Assembly: GCA_963545665.1 (NCBI GenBank)
Contig: CAUUKU010000001.1
Coordinates: 8,532-72,531, forward strand
Reading direction: 5' to 3'
DNA from: an uncultured Campylobacter sp.
Lineage (GTDB): Bacteria; Campylobacterota; Campylobacteria; Campylobacterales; Campylobacteraceae
DNA: 64,000 bases
The stretch's first letter is position 1. Each line of letters opens with the position of its first letter. The position numbers and the translations under genes were made by a program. The notes beneath the pieces were generated by a model. The model saw nothing but the letters and a program-made list of their open reading frames with translations, was not told the DNA's origin and searched no databases. Positions 1-19,098 of the stretch are shown piece by piece.

Positions 1-366
1 TCCAAGATAAACGGCAGAGAGCCGATATTTATCAGCCAAAGCGCAGCCGAAAAGCGCGATATCGTCACGGGAGACGTGGTTAGGGTATTTAACGACAGGG
101 GTGAAATTTTATGCGGCGCGATAGTAAGCGACAAGACCCAAGACGACGTCGTCATCGTGTGCGAGGGCGCATGGTACGATCCTGAAGTCTACGGCAAAAA
201 GAGCCTGTGCCAGCACGGATGCGTAAACGTGCTCACAAAAGACAAAGGCACGAGCAAGCTAGCGCAAAGCAACATCGCGCATACGAACTTAGTCCAGGTC
301 GAAAAATACAAAGGCGCGATAAGGCCTATCAGGGCGTTTTCAAAGCCAAAAATCATAGGCGCTTAA
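1..366 (+). CDS. C-terminal fragment of a molybdopterin-dependent oxidoreductase (BisC/TorA/DmsA-type); the 5' end lies outside the window
   Basis: Frame 1 is open from base 1 to the TAA at 364-366. The tail ...GDVVRVFNDRGEILCGAIVSDK...VIVCEGAWYDP...GCVNVLTKDKGTSKLAQSNIAHTNLVQVEKY resembles the C-terminal molybdopterin-dinucleotide-binding barrel of biotin-sulfoxide/TMAO reductases. Confidence 0.7.
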   Translation, partial: SKINGREPIFISQSAAEKRDIVTGDVVRVFNDRGEILCGAIVSDKTQDDVVIVCEGAWYDPEVYGKKSLCQHGCVNVLTKDKGTSKLAQSNIAHTNLVQVEKYKGAIRPIRAFSKPKIIGA

Positions 367-1208
367 ATTTGCGGCGGGGTTTAGGCTCCGCCGTTTTAAA
401 TTTTACCCTCGCCCGCGGCGGTCTTTGTCAAAAGCTTGCCTAGGCCGGCTTTTTCATTCTCTAAATTTTTTGAAATTTCATCCGCGCCTGCTTCACTTGG
501 ATCTTGAAATTTAACGCTTCCAAATCAAAATACGCCGCCTTGCCGCTATCGCTGATTTAGGCAACGCGGCTCGTTGAGAAATGCCGATTTGCCGCGCGGG
601 CGCCGACTTGTCGGCACATTCGCAGATTATTTGCCTTATCGTCATTTTGATTTGCGTTGCCGCTCGGGCGCGCAAGTAGCCGAGCTAAATTCCGCCGCCT
701 CAATATGCAAAATGATGGCGCCGCTTATTTGCAAAGTATCTCGCCGCGGCGCTACGGCCGCACGTCTCGTAGGTGCGGCGCGATACGGGCGGGATTTACT
801 CGCGCCGAGATTAAAACGGCGCGCCGTCCTTGCCGAAACAGCGCCCGCCATCTCGCAAGCCGCGGACTGATGCACCGCTTCCTAAGAGGGCTTATGACGG
901 CTCATTTGAGCGAATCTGTCGTTGCAACTACTCTGCGCGCCCAAGCTAGGCGGCATCGACAAATTTTAAAAACAGACAATGCGAGCGGCGGGTCTAAATT
1001 GCAACGCGACTTTAAATTTATGCGGTCTCAAGGGCTTGCGGCGTAGAATTTTAACTCCAAACGGCGCGCGTGAATTTAAAAAATTTGCCTCTGAAATTTA
1101 GCAAAATCGTTCGCTTATAAAATTCACCGTTAAAATTTTTCAAAGCAGCGGCTTTAAATTTAGCGGCGCGCGATTTTACGGATCCGCTCACAGATCTGCC
1201 GCGCAAAT

Positions 1209-1742
1209 TTAGTAAAATTTTACGATCTCGCCGCCCCTATAGAGCTCAAAAACCCTATCCGATACGTAAATTTTAAATGTGTAGCCGCCCGCTTTCACCT
1301 CCCGTCGCGGCGCTAGCTTTTTGATAAATCTTACCAGCCTTTCATAAAATTTTATAAAATTTTCGCCCTTTTTGACGAGCTCGCCCGCCTCGTCGTAATA
1401 ATCGCTCATCATATAAACTCTACCGCTTCTTGCTTTTTTATCCGGCAAATTTACGACGCCGCCGTCAAATTCGATGATCTCGAACCTCGAAACGCTGCAG
1501 TGATCAAATTCGCGGCCCATGTGTTTATTAAAAACTCGCTCGATCTTTGGCGGCGCAAAACCATCCTTCGTAAAATGGCATTTCAGCCAGCCGTTTTGCG
1601 CGCTTCTAAATTTATCAAAATCGTCGCTAAAAACGATCTCTCCGCTTTGATCAAACATAAATTTCCCGCCCTCGCGCTTGATAAAATCTAAAATTTCAAG
1701 CTCGGTTTGCCTATCGACGTAAAAATTTATCTGCCGTCCCAT
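1209..1742 (-). CDS. hypothetical protein with no recognisable family
   Basis: The ORF is 182 aa as listed in the track. I prefer the second ATG (1742) because a GGAG lies 5-9 nt upstream of it, whereas the first ATG (1757) has no RBS. Composition is coding-like and no motif was recognised. Confidence 0.5.
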   Translation of the reverse strand: MGRQINFYVDRQTELEILDFIKREGGKFMFDQSGEIVFSDDFDKFRSAQNGWLKCHFTKDGFAPPKIERVFNKHMGREFDHCSVSRFEIIEFDGGVVNLPDKKARSGRVYMMSDYYDEAGELVKKGENFIKFYERLVRFIKKLAPRREVKAGGYTFKIYVSDRVFELYRGGEIVKFY

Positions 1743-2000
1743 TCGCCGCTCCCGCATTAAATTTGCCGAATTTTACCATAATTCGGCCGCCTACTTGCGG
1801 CGCGAACGATCCTTTTTAATTCGCTCATTACGGATACGGGCGAGCTTGCGCGGCGCCGTATAAATTCGTAGCACAGCGTGAAATTTCCGCCCGATTTGCA
1901 AAGCTCGGTTTGAGCTTAAATTTAAAAATCCGTCCCGCTGCCATAAGCTGAAATTTTGCGCGATTGTTTTAAAATACGTTTAAAATTTTAAGGAGAGCTC

Positions 2001-2744
2001 ATGGCATTTTCAGATTTTTTCAAAAAAGGCGGCAAAAATAGCGTAAACGCCGCAAAGATCGGCAAGACCGCGCAGGAGCGCAAGGATATAAGCATCGAAA
2101 TTTTAAAATCGCAGGGCGTGCCGTATATCGATCATCTGCCACTGCGATACGAGACGAGCGAGGTTTCCCCGCGCGAAAAGGACGAGGTCATCGCCCGCGC
2201 GATCTGCTCTTACGCTGCGATAATGTGCGCCTGCTCGATCAGAGACGAGGGCAAGCTCGTGGATGAGGATAAGCAGGGCGTGCGGGGCTTTCTAGATAAC
2301 CGCTACGGCTGCATAGACAAACTCACGCGTATGGAGCGCCGCGTCGTGCAGGGCGAGGCGAGCCGCGACGAGGCCGTGAATATGGGCTGGAAATACGAGT
2401 CGCTGTGGGCGCTGATGTGGGCCATGGGGCTCGTGGATGAGCTTAGCTTTCCGAGCGAGATCTGCGACTGCGCCTTTGTGATGGACACCTTTAGCGGCGG
2501 TGATTTTTCAGCGCGCGTGAAGCTACGCGGCACGGATGAAATCCTGCAGGCGCTCGATCTTATCTACCGCTATCACTGGGCGTGCGTCAATGCCCGCGTG
2601 CACGGCTCAGACTGCGCGGGGCTCGACGAAGAGGTCGTGATGGAGAGGCGCGGCGGGCTAGAGTGGCTGTGCTGCAAGGGTGCGGAGAACGATAATCTGA
2701 CGGATGAGTATAATGCGTGGGATTATCCGGACTTGAACACTTAG
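2001..2744 (+). CDS. hypothetical protein, possibly DUF4272-like
   Basis: 247 aa ORF with a strong RBS (AAGGAG 7 nt upstream of the ATG). The WKYESLWALMWAMGL segment is reminiscent of DUF4272 family proteins, but this assignment is from memory only. Confidence 0.55.
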   Translation: MAFSDFFKKGGKNSVNAAKIGKTAQERKDISIEILKSQGVPYIDHLPLRYETSEVSPREKDEVIARAICSYAAIMCACSIRDEGKLVDEDKQGVRGFLDNRYGCIDKLTRMERRVVQGEASRDEAVNMGWKYESLWALMWAMGLVDELSFPSEICDCAFVMDTFSGGDFSARVKLRGTDEILQALDLIYRYHWACVNARVHGSDCAGLDEEVVMERRGGLEWLCCKGAENDNLTDEYNAWDYPDLNT

Positions 2745-2760
2745 CAACCCTTTTTTCCTT

Positions 2761-3200
2761 TATACGTCGTTGGAAATTTCGCCGAATTTCAGTCACGTAT
2801 AATATACGCTCCTTCATTCGGCTCATTTCCGCCTCGTCTAAAGAAAAAATACCGCGCCTTATCTCGCGAGCGTCTTTAAATGAGTTTGAAATTTTAAGTC
2901 CGCAATAGGCTATATGCCTTATCTTGACTTAAAATTTCTGCACAACATTTAAATCCATCTCGCGATACTGCCGCTCTTGTATTCTTTAACTCAAATTTAA
3001 ACCAGCCTGCGCTTAAAAATTAAATTTCGCCTCGTTTAAGCGAAAAATACTTCGCCTTATCTTTGTGCGCGTTGTCTCACTTCGCTATACGTCGTTCCGT
3101 CTAAAATTTGCTCGGTTGCATATTTACATACACGCTCCGCCCGCAAATTTCATCCGCGCCTCGTCTAGCCCGCGACACTGCCGCCTGTGTTTTTGCGCTA
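2761..3200. repeat. degenerate direct repeats in a gene-free spacer
   Basis: The module TATACGTCGTT...ACGCTCC...CAT(T/C)CGC(G)CCTCGTCTA occurs at 2761-2843 and 3086-3170. The module GCCTCGT(C/T)TAA..AAAAATAC..GCCTTATCT occurs at 2831-2864 and 3029-3062. The module GCGA(T/C)ACTGCCGC occurs at about 2962 and 3171. Confidence 0.55.
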
Positions 3201-3504
3201 AAATTTAACCCCGATCGCGCGCTGTTTTTTCTAAATCCAAAATATTTGCCGACGGATCGAAAAGCATACCGAATGTGAAAAATTTATGAATTGATTGGGG
3301 ATAGAATTTTAAAATTCTGTTGCAAACTACACAAAGCGGATCACGGTCGCAGATCCGCTGAAATTTCAGACGCGACCTGCTAAATTTCAGGGCGCCGCGG
3401 AATTTTAGAATTTAAAGTTGCGGGCGAGCAAGGCGCCCGTCCGCGTATTTTAAGCCCGCTAAATTTAAGCAGGCAACGTCTGCGCCGCAGACCTAGAAAT
3501 TGCA

Positions 3505-4035
3505 TCAGCCCTGCGTCGCAGCGCTTCCGCTCGCAAACGCCGCCGCATTCAGCGCCGCGTCGTAATCGGGCTCATCTGCGATGTCGCCCGTGATCTGCTT
3601 GTAGGCGATCTTGCCTGCGGTGTCCACGACGAAAACCGCGCGACACGTTAGCCCCGCGAGCGCACCGTCCGCAATCAGCACGCCGTATGCGCGCGCAAAC
3701 TCTTTATCGCGAAAATCGCTTAGGGCGCGTAAATTTTTGATCCCTTCGGTCGAGCAGAATCTGCCCGCGGCAAACGGCAGATCCATCGAGACCACGAAAA
3801 CCTCGGTATTTTTTATACTCGCGGCGCGCTCGTTAAATTTGCGCGTCTCAGTCGCGCACACGTTCGTATCCAGCGACGGCACGGCGATGATGACCTGCGC
3901 CTTGCCCGTGCCGCCGCCTACTTTGACCTCGCTAAGATCGGGCGCGACTAGGCTGAGCTCGGGCGCCTTATCTCCAAGCTTAAGCTCGCTGCCCGAAAGG
4001 CTAACGCTTACGCCTTGTAATTTGGTTTGTTGCAT
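3505..4035 (-). CDS. tpx: thiol peroxidase (atypical 2-Cys peroxiredoxin)
   Basis: 176 aa. It contains VPSLDTNVCATE (the peroxidatic Cys context typical of Tpx) and the downstream FCS...LSDF region. Confidence 0.9.
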   Translation of the reverse strand: MQQTKLQGVSVSLSGSELKLGDKAPELSLVAPDLSEVKVGGGTGKAQVIIAVPSLDTNVCATETRKFNERAASIKNTEVFVVSMDLPFAAGRFCSTEGIKNLRALSDFRDKEFARAYGVLIADGALAGLTCRAVFVVDTAGKIAYKQITGDIADEPDYDAALNAAAFASGSAATQG

Positions 4036-4634
4036 GATTTTCCTTTGTTTTGAAATATTAAAAACGGGCGCATTATAGCCCGCGAAAGCAAACGCCTGCT
4101 AAATCCGAAAACAAGCGAACTCGGGCGCCGGCTCGGTCGATATGATCGGCGCGTAGATCGCTCTGCGAAGATGAAATTTTACGGCATAAAGCGGCGGCTC
4201 AATTAAGCGCCGCCTGCAGAAAATACTGCGACTTACATAAAACACTGATGATCGCGATCCGATATAGGTCTATGATAGTTGCGCTCCGCCTTAAGGCTGT
4301 GCCGAAGGTAAAATTTTATCCTACTTGCGATCCAGCTTGCTGTGTAATTTTATCGGTGAAGAAAAATCAAAGTGCGATAGCGACACGCGCGCTTTTTCTG
4401 TGTGAGAATAAATCTCTAGTAAAACGATAGGCGCGGCATCATGAGCGCGTTTTAAGTTATGCTTTGGATTTTTAAATTTGATTGAAATTTTTTGATCCAA
4501 ATTTGCGACCGGCAGGAGTTAAACTTATGAATTGAAATTTTATTTGAAGCTAGGGTGCGAGTTAAAATTTCGGCTCGTAAAGCCAGTTAAATTTAAGCGC
4601 CGCTTTAAAAATTTAAGAAGCGTCCCCCTGGGGG

Positions 4635-4663
4635 GGGTTGGCGATAAAGCTATCGCCGCACCC
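4635..4663 (-). terminator. candidate hairpin downstream of fusA
   Basis: GGGTTGGCGAT-aaagct-ATCGCCGCACCC forms an imperfect stem of about 11 bp, 16 nt past the fusA stop codon. It has no clean U-run and is flanked by a C5/G8 tract. Confidence 0.35.
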
Positions 4664-4678
4664 TAGCGCCCGTTAAGC

Positions 4679-6754
4679 TTAGCCGTTGCGCTTTTTGATG
4701 ATCTCTTCGCCGACGTTCTTAGGAACCTCGTCGTAGTGATCAAATTCCATCGAATAGGTCGCGCGACCCTGCGTCTGAGAGCGCAGATCGGTCGAGTAAC
4801 CGAACATCTCCGAAAGCGGGCAAAACGCGTCGATGATCTTATTACCGCCGCGCTCGCTCATGTTATTGACCTGTCCGCGGCGCTTGTTTAGATCGCCGAT
4901 GACGTCGCCCATATACTCCTCGGGGGTTTCTACCTCGACCTTCATCATAGGCTCCAAGATCACGGCGCCCGCTTTTCTAGCGCCCTCTTTAAAGCCCATA
5001 GAAGCGGCGAGTTTAAACGCCATTTCGGAGCTGTCGACTTCGTGGTAGCTTCCGTCATAGACCGTTACGCGCACGTCTTCAACAGGATAGCCCGCCAAAA
5101 CGCCGTTTTGCAGCGCCTCTTGGCAACCTTTATCGACTGCGGGGATGTATTCTTTAGGGATCGCGCCGCCCTTGATATCGTTTACGAACTCATATCCGGT
5201 GCCCGGCTCCAAAGGCTCTAGGCGCAAAAATACGTGACCGTATTGACCGCGACCACCCGATTGTTTGGCGTATTTGTACTCCTGCTCGACCTTTTTGCGG
5301 ATAGTCTCGCGATATGCGACCTGCGGCTGTCCGACCTCGGCCTCGACTTTAAATTCTCTAAGCATTCTATCTACGATGATCTCGAGGTGCAGCTCGCCCA
5401 TTCCCGAAATGATCGTCTGTCCGCTCTCTTCGTCGGTCGCGACCCTAAAGCTCGGATCTTCTTGCGCCAATTTTTGAAGCGCGATACCCATTTTCTCTTG
5501 ATCGGCTTTGGTTTTAGGCTCTACCGCTACGCTGATAACGGGATCGGGAAATTCCATACGCTCTAAAATTACTTTATCTTTTTCGCCGGCTAGAGTATCG
5601 CCCGTAAGAGTGTCTTTCAGACCCACGACGGCGCCGATCTCGCCCGCATAAAGCTCTTTGATCTCTTCGCGTTTATTCGAGTGCATCCTTAACAAGCGTC
5701 CGATACGCTCTTTCTTGCCCTTACCGGTATTTACGACGTAGCTGCCGCTTTCTAAAACGCCGCGATATACGCGCACGAAAGTAAGCTGGCCTACGAAAGG
5801 ATCGGTCATAATCTTAAATCCAAGACCCGCAAACTCGCCCTCGTCGGTAGAGTTTACGTGAACCTCGCTGCCGTCCTCATACTGGCCCTTAATCGCAGGC
5901 ACTTCATCAGGCGCGGGCAGGTATTCTACGACCGCGTCTAGTAGAGGCTGAACGCCCTTGTTTTTAAATGCGGTACCGCATAGCATAGGGAAAAAGCTCA
6001 AACTCAAGCAGCCTTTTTTGATACCCTTTTTGATCTCTTCGACGCTTAGCTCTTCGCCGTTAAAATACTTCTCCATCAAGGCTTCGTCGGTTTCAGCTAC
6101 CGCTTCGATCATCTTGTCGCGATACTCTTGCGCTTTTTCTCGTAGCTCGACAGGAATTTCACCGGCCTCCGGAGCCGAAGGGCCCTTGCTATCGTCCCAA
6201 GTGAGCGCTTTCATGCTAACTAGATCGATAACGCCTTTGAAATCGTCCTCGGCGCCGATCGGAATTTGAATAGGAACGGGGTTAGCTTTGAGCCTATCTT
6301 TTACCTGTTGCTCGACATTGTAAAAATTTGCGCCGACGCGGTCCATTTTATTTACGAAAATTATGCGCGGAACATGGTATTTATTCGCCTGGCGCCAAAC
6401 GGTCTCGCTTTGAGGCTGAACGCCGCCGACCGAGCAAAATACCGAAACTGCACCGTCTAAAACGCGCATCGAGCGCTCCACTTCGATAGTAAAGTCGACG
6501 TGGCCCGGGGTGTCGATCAAATTTATTTGATGATCTTTCCAAAAGCAGGTAGTCGCCGCAGACGTAATCGTAATGCCGCGCTCGCGCTCTTGCTCCATCC
6601 AGTCCATCGTAGCGGCGCCCTCGTGAACCTCGCCGATCTTATGGCTCATGCCGGTAAAAAATAGAATTCTTTCGCTCGTAGTCGTCTTTCCGGCATCGAT
6701 GTGAGCGGCGATACCGATATTTCTAACCATATGTAAAGGGGTTTTTCTTGCCAT
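4679..6754 (-). CDS. fusA: translation elongation factor G
   Basis: 691 aa. It has the [10 protein letters not shown]1 motif, DTPGH and NKMD, with full-length similarity to EF-G. It sits downstream of rpsL-rpsG as in the str operon. Confidence 0.98.
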   Translation of the reverse strand: MARKTPLHMVRNIGIAAHIDAGKTTTSERILFFTGMSHKIGEVHEGAATMDWMEQERERGITITSAATTCFWKDHQINLIDTPGHVDFTIEVERSMRVLDGAVSVFCSVGGVQPQSETVWRQANKYHVPRIIFVNKMDRVGANFYNVEQQVKDRLKANPVPIQIPIGAEDDFKGVIDLVSMKALTWDDSKGPSAPEAGEIPVELREKAQEYRDKMIEAVAETDEALMEKYFNGEELSVEEIKKGIKKGCLSLSFFPMLCGTAFKNKGVQPLLDAVVEYLPAPDEVPAIKGQYEDGSEVHVNSTDEGEFAGLGFKIMTDPFVGQLTFVRVYRGVLESGSYVVNTGKGKKERIGRLLRMHSNKREEIKELYAGEIGAVVGLKDTLTGDTLAGEKDKVILERMEFPDPVISVAVEPKTKADQEKMGIALQKLAQEDPSFRVATDEESGQTIISGMGELHLEIIVDRMLREFKVEAEVGQPQVAYRETIRKKVEQEYKYAKQSGGRGQYGHVFLRLEPLEPGTGYEFVNDIKGGAIPKEYIPAVDKGCQEALQNGVLAGYPVEDVRVTVYDGSYHEVDSSEMAFKLAASMGFKEGARKAGAVILEPMMKVEVETPEEYMGDVIGDLNKRRGQVNNMSERGGNKIIDAFCPLSEMFGYSTDLRSQTQGRATYSMEFDHYDEVPKNVGEEIIKKRNG

Positions 6755-6763
6755 AATGCCCTC

Positions 6764-7243
<480 letters not shown>

Positions 7244-7303
7244 TCAAATTTTAAAATTTTACTCAAACTCGGCAAAATCTAGTGCCGGTCTGTTTCGGCT
7301 AAA

Positions 7304-7678
7304 CTATTTTTTAGGTCGTTTAGCACCGTATTTTGATCTTGCAACGGTTCGTTTCGCAACGCCTGCAGTATCGAGCGCACCGCGGACGATGTGGTATTTA
7401 ACGCCCGGTAGGTCCTTTACACGACCGCCGCGAACTAGCACGATGGAGTGCTCTTGTAGATTGTGACCTTCACCGCCGATATAGCTGATGACTTCAAATC
7501 CGCTAGTAAGCCTTACTTTGGCAACTTTACGAAGCGCTGAGTTTGGCTTTTTAGGGGTCGTAGTATAGACCTTAGTACAAACTCCTCTTCGTTGAGGGCA
7601 ATTCTTTAGCGCCGGAGACTTCGATTTCTCGGTAATCTTCTTGCGCTCTTTTCTGACCAATTGATTTATGGTTGGCAC
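7304..7678 (-). CDS. rpsL: 30S ribosomal protein S12
   Basis: 124 aa with [14 protein letters not shown]...[11 protein letters not shown], the canonical S12 sequence. Confidence 0.98.
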   Translation of the reverse strand: MPTINQLVRKERKKITEKSKSPALKNCPQRRGVCTKVYTTTPKKPNSALRKVAKVRLTSGFEVISYIGGEGHNLQEHSIVLVRGGRVKDLPGVKYHIVRGALDTAGVAKRTVARSKYGAKRPKK

Positions 7679-7716
7679 ATCTTTCCTTTCACAAAAATTT
7701 ATTAAAAAAGATTAGG

Positions 7717-7722
7717 ATTATA
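7717..7722 (-). promoter_or_regulatory. candidate -10 box (TATAAT) for the rpsL-rpsG-fusA operon
   Basis: On the minus strand ...AAAGTATAATCC... lies about 40 nt upstream of the rpsL ATG, within an AT-rich spacer. This is a motif match only. Confidence 0.35.
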
Positions 7723-7751
7723 CTTTGTTTAAACTTACAGAAACGTAAAAT

Positions 7752-8141
7752 TTAATCTCTAATCAGCACAAACTCTCCGCCGCCGCATATTATCAGGCAA
7801 ATCGCAGAGGATAGATACAAATATACGATCTCGGCCTCAAACCCGCCAAAGCCCGTAAGCGCACCCAGCGACGCGGGTATGACGTATAAGATCATAGCGC
7901 AAGTACCTGCGATAAGTAGCGCTCCTATGCGACAAAAAATTCCTAAAATAACCATCACCGGCGCTACCACTTCGCCCAAATACACGCCGTATGCGACCAA
8001 ATCCGGTATCCCGCGCGCGGCAATCATAGCTTTTATACCGTCTACGCCGTTTGAAATTTTAGCGATCCCGTGCATTAAAAGGCAAATTCCAAGCCCCAAC
8101 CTAATAAATAAAAGACCGAAATTTATGTTGATCATATTCAT
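7752..8141 (-). CDS. DoxX family inner-membrane protein
   Basis: 129 aa with four predicted TM helices. The GLLFIRLGLGICLLMHGIAK N-terminus is typical of DoxX proteins. Confidence 0.75.
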   Translation of the reverse strand: MNMININFGLLFIRLGLGICLLMHGIAKISNGVDGIKAMIAARGIPDLVAYGVYLGEVVAPVMVILGIFCRIGALLIAGTCAMILYVIPASLGALTGFGGFEAEIVYLYLSSAICLIICGGGEFVLIRD

Positions 8142-8176
8142 GCTTTATCCTTTAAATTTAGGGCTTGCGCCCAAAA

Positions 8177-16899
<8,723 letters not shown>

Positions 16900-16914
16900 T
16901 TAAAATTTCGCGAT

Positions 16915-17292
16915 TTATTTGAGTTCGACTTTAGCGCCGGCTTCTTCAAGCTCTTTTTTAGCCTTCTCGGCATCTTCTTTGTTAAGTCCCTCTTTAAGAA
17001 CGGACGGAGTAGCCTCGGTAGCGTCTTTGGCCTCTTTTAGACCAAGGCCCGTCAAGGCGCGAACGACTTTAATTACATTAATTTTCTTATCGCCCGCATC
17101 GACCAAAACTACGTCGAATTCTGTTTTCTCTTCTGCAGCGCCTGCAGCAGCACCTGCACCCGCGCCGCCTGCTACCATAACCGGAGCCGCGCTTACGCCG
17201 AATTTTTCTTCGAATTCTTTGACTAGCTCGCTAAGCTCTAGCACCGAAAGATTAGAGATATACTCTAAAACGTCTTCTTTTGAAATTGCCAT
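16915..17292 (-). CDS. rplL: 50S ribosomal protein L7/L12
   Basis: 125 aa with an Ala/Gly hinge and the C-terminal [16 protein letters not shown] motif. Confidence 0.97.
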   Translation of the reverse strand: MAISKEDVLEYISNLSVLELSELVKEFEEKFGVSAAPVMVAGGAGAGAAAGAAEEKTEFDVVLVDAGDKKINVIKVVRALTGLGLKEAKDATEATPSVLKEGLNKEDAEKAKKELEEAGAKVELK

Positions 17293-17312
17293 TTTATTCT
17301 CCTAAATTTTAA

Positions 17313-17792
17313 TTAAGCGCTAGCTTCTTTTTTCTGCTTAAGCGCATTGAGGCCGATCGTAAAATTTTGAATCGGCGCATTCCAGACTTGAAGTAACATC
17401 GCGATAAGTTCGTCTTTTGAAGGCATCTTCGAAAGCGCTCTTACCTTGTCCACGCCGGCGACTTCGCCGTCGATATGAGCGGTTTTGAGTTTAAAAACTT
17501 CGCTTTTCTCTTCAAATTTAGCCGCTACTTTACATACCGAAAGCTGCTCGCCCCACAAGAAGATATTGGTATCTTTAAAACTAAGCCCCTCTTTTTCGGC
17601 ATTTTTTAGCGCAATGTTAGCTAGGGTATTTTTGATAACCCGAACCTTTACGTCCGCTTCACGCGCGCTATTTCTAAGATCTTCAAGCTGCTTAACGCTA
17701 AGACCTTTAAAATCTGAAATAACTATAGCTTCGCTAGCTTTAAAAGCCTCGCTAAGCTCCGCTACTATCTTTGATTTTTCGTCTCTCGTCAT
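17313..17792 (-). CDS. rplJ: 50S ribosomal protein L10
   Basis: 159 aa. Both its position between rplA and rplL and its sequence are consistent with L10. Confidence 0.93.
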   Translation of the reverse strand: MTRDEKSKIVAELSEAFKASEAIVISDFKGLSVKQLEDLRNSAREADVKVRVIKNTLANIALKNAEKEGLSFKDTNIFLWGEQLSVCKVAAKFEEKSEVFKLKTAHIDGEVAGVDKVRALSKMPSKDELIAMLLQVWNAPIQNFTIGLNALKQKKEASA

Positions 17793-17828
17793 TAGGTCTC
17801 CTTTCCGATCGGTGATTTCAAGCCAAGC

Positions 17829-17852
17829 GATCGAAATTTTAAAATTTCGATC
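17829..17852 (-). promoter_or_regulatory. perfect 24-bp palindrome in the rplA-rplJ spacer, a possible L10-leader structure
   Basis: GATCGAAATTTTAAAATTTCGATC equals its own reverse complement. It lies 37 nt upstream of the rplJ ATG. Confidence 0.3.
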
Positions 17853-17898
17853 AATTAAGTTAAAAACCTTGAGCTATCTCCAATCTAAGATTAAAATT

Positions 17899-18600
17899 TT
17901 ATTTTAGATCCATAAGTTCTTGACTATCAAGCGCGATGGACGGGCTCATCGTTAGCGAAATAGCGGCAGATTTTATATATTTTCCTTTTGCCGTTGCGGG
18001 CTTGTGCTTATTTAAGGTTTTAACAAAACTATTTACATTGTCTAAAATTTGCTCTTTAGTGAAGCTAACTTTGCCTAAACCGGCGTGGATGTTTCCTTGT
18101 TTATCTACGCGGAAATTTACCTGTCCGCCCTTTGCGTTTTTTACGGCTTGAGCTACGTCCATGGTGACGGTTCCCGTTTTAGGATTAGGCATGATGCCCT
18201 TCGGGCCTAAAATTCTTCCGACCTTGCCGACCAGACCCATTAAATTTGGAGTGGCGATCAATACGTCGAAATTTATATTGCCTTTTTGGATCTCTTCGAT
18301 CAGCTCGTCGCTTCCTATGATGTCGGCACCGGCAGCCTCAGCCTCGCTAGCCTTATCATCTTTTGCGATGACTGCTACGCGAACGCTTTTGCCCGTTCCC
18401 GAAGGCAGCACGACGGAGCCGCGAACCATTTGATCTGCGTGTCTAGGATCAACGTTTAGGCTTAAAGCTATTTCGATAGTCTCGTCAAATTTAGCCGAAG
18501 CTAAGGTCTTGACGGTATCGATCGCCTCGCTAATCGCGTAAGTTTTGTTTGAATCGACTTTTTTTAAAAGCTCGTTAAATCTTTTTGAATTTTTTGACAT
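17899..18600 (-). CDS. rplA: 50S ribosomal protein L1
   Basis: 233 aa with canonical L1 sequence ([24 protein letters not shown]). Confidence 0.97.
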   Translation of the reverse strand: MSKNSKRFNELLKKVDSNKTYAISEAIDTVKTLASAKFDETIEIALSLNVDPRHADQMVRGSVVLPSGTGKSVRVAVIAKDDKASEAEAAGADIIGSDELIEEIQKGNINFDVLIATPNLMGLVGKVGRILGPKGIMPNPKTGTVTMDVAQAVKNAKGGQVNFRVDKQGNIHAGLGKVSFTKEQILDNVNSFVKTLNKHKPATAKGKYIKSAAISLTMSPSIALDSQELMDLK

Positions 18601-18656
18601 ATATTTCTCCGCAATAAAAATGCTTCCGCCTTTATATACCTTGGCGGTAAAAGGTC

Positions 18657-19082
18657 TTAATCTACGACGTTTATCCCCATAGATCGTGCAGAACCGGCTA
18701 TGATCTTAGCCGCTTGTTCTCTGTCTTTTGTGTTTAAATCGGCTATCTTTTTCTCAACGATCTCTAAAACTTGCGCTTTAGTTAGAGTGCCGACTTTGTT
18801 TTTTAGCGGATTATCCGAACCTTTGCCGATATTGGCTGCCTTTTTAATCAAATCCGAAGCGGGCGGCTGTTTTGTAATGAACGTAAAACTTTTATCGGCG
18901 TATACCGTGATGACAACCGGGATATTAAATCCCGCCATATCTTTGGTTCGCTCGTTAAAAGCTTTGCAAAATTCCATAATATTTACGCCCTTTTGACCTA
19001 GTGCCGGACCGACCGGCGGGCTTGGATTTGCTTTAGCGGCGGCGATTTGCAATTTTATTTCGCCGATAACCTTCTTAGCCAT
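18657..19082 (-). CDS. rplK: 50S ribosomal protein L11
   Basis: 141 aa with the [22 protein letters not shown] motif. Confidence 0.97.
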   Translation of the reverse strand: MAKKVIGEIKLQIAAAKANPSPPVGPALGQKGVNIMEFCKAFNERTKDMAGFNIPVVITVYADKSFTFITKQPPASDLIKKAANIGKGSDNPLKNKVGTLTKAQVLEIVEKKIADLNTKDREQAAKIIAGSARSMGINVVD

Positions 19083-19098
19083 AAATAATTCTCCTTAA

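Noticed and set aside
574-1046. Three overlapping ORFs of 77-129 aa (574-870 plus strand, 642-875 minus strand, 657-1046 plus strand) in the first spacer
   Set aside because: They overlap one another on both strands. They are Arg/Ala/Cys-rich, have no RBS and no recognisable domains, as expected for random ORFs in GC-rich noncoding DNA.
2745-3504. A possible CRISPR array or other regular repeat array in the repeat-rich spacers (also 29650-29900, 54482-55421 and 58247-58703)
   Set aside because: The repeats are degenerate (about 70-85% identity), vary in length and spacing, lack uniform spacers and have no cas genes nearby. This is not CRISPR architecture.
4248-4430. A 60 aa ORF and a possible ncRNA in the moderately AT-rich segment between tpx and fusA
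   Set aside because: The ORF has no RBS or family resemblance. I also scanned this spacer for the SRP RNA, RNase P RNA and tmRNA signature sequences known to me and found none. It is left unannotated.
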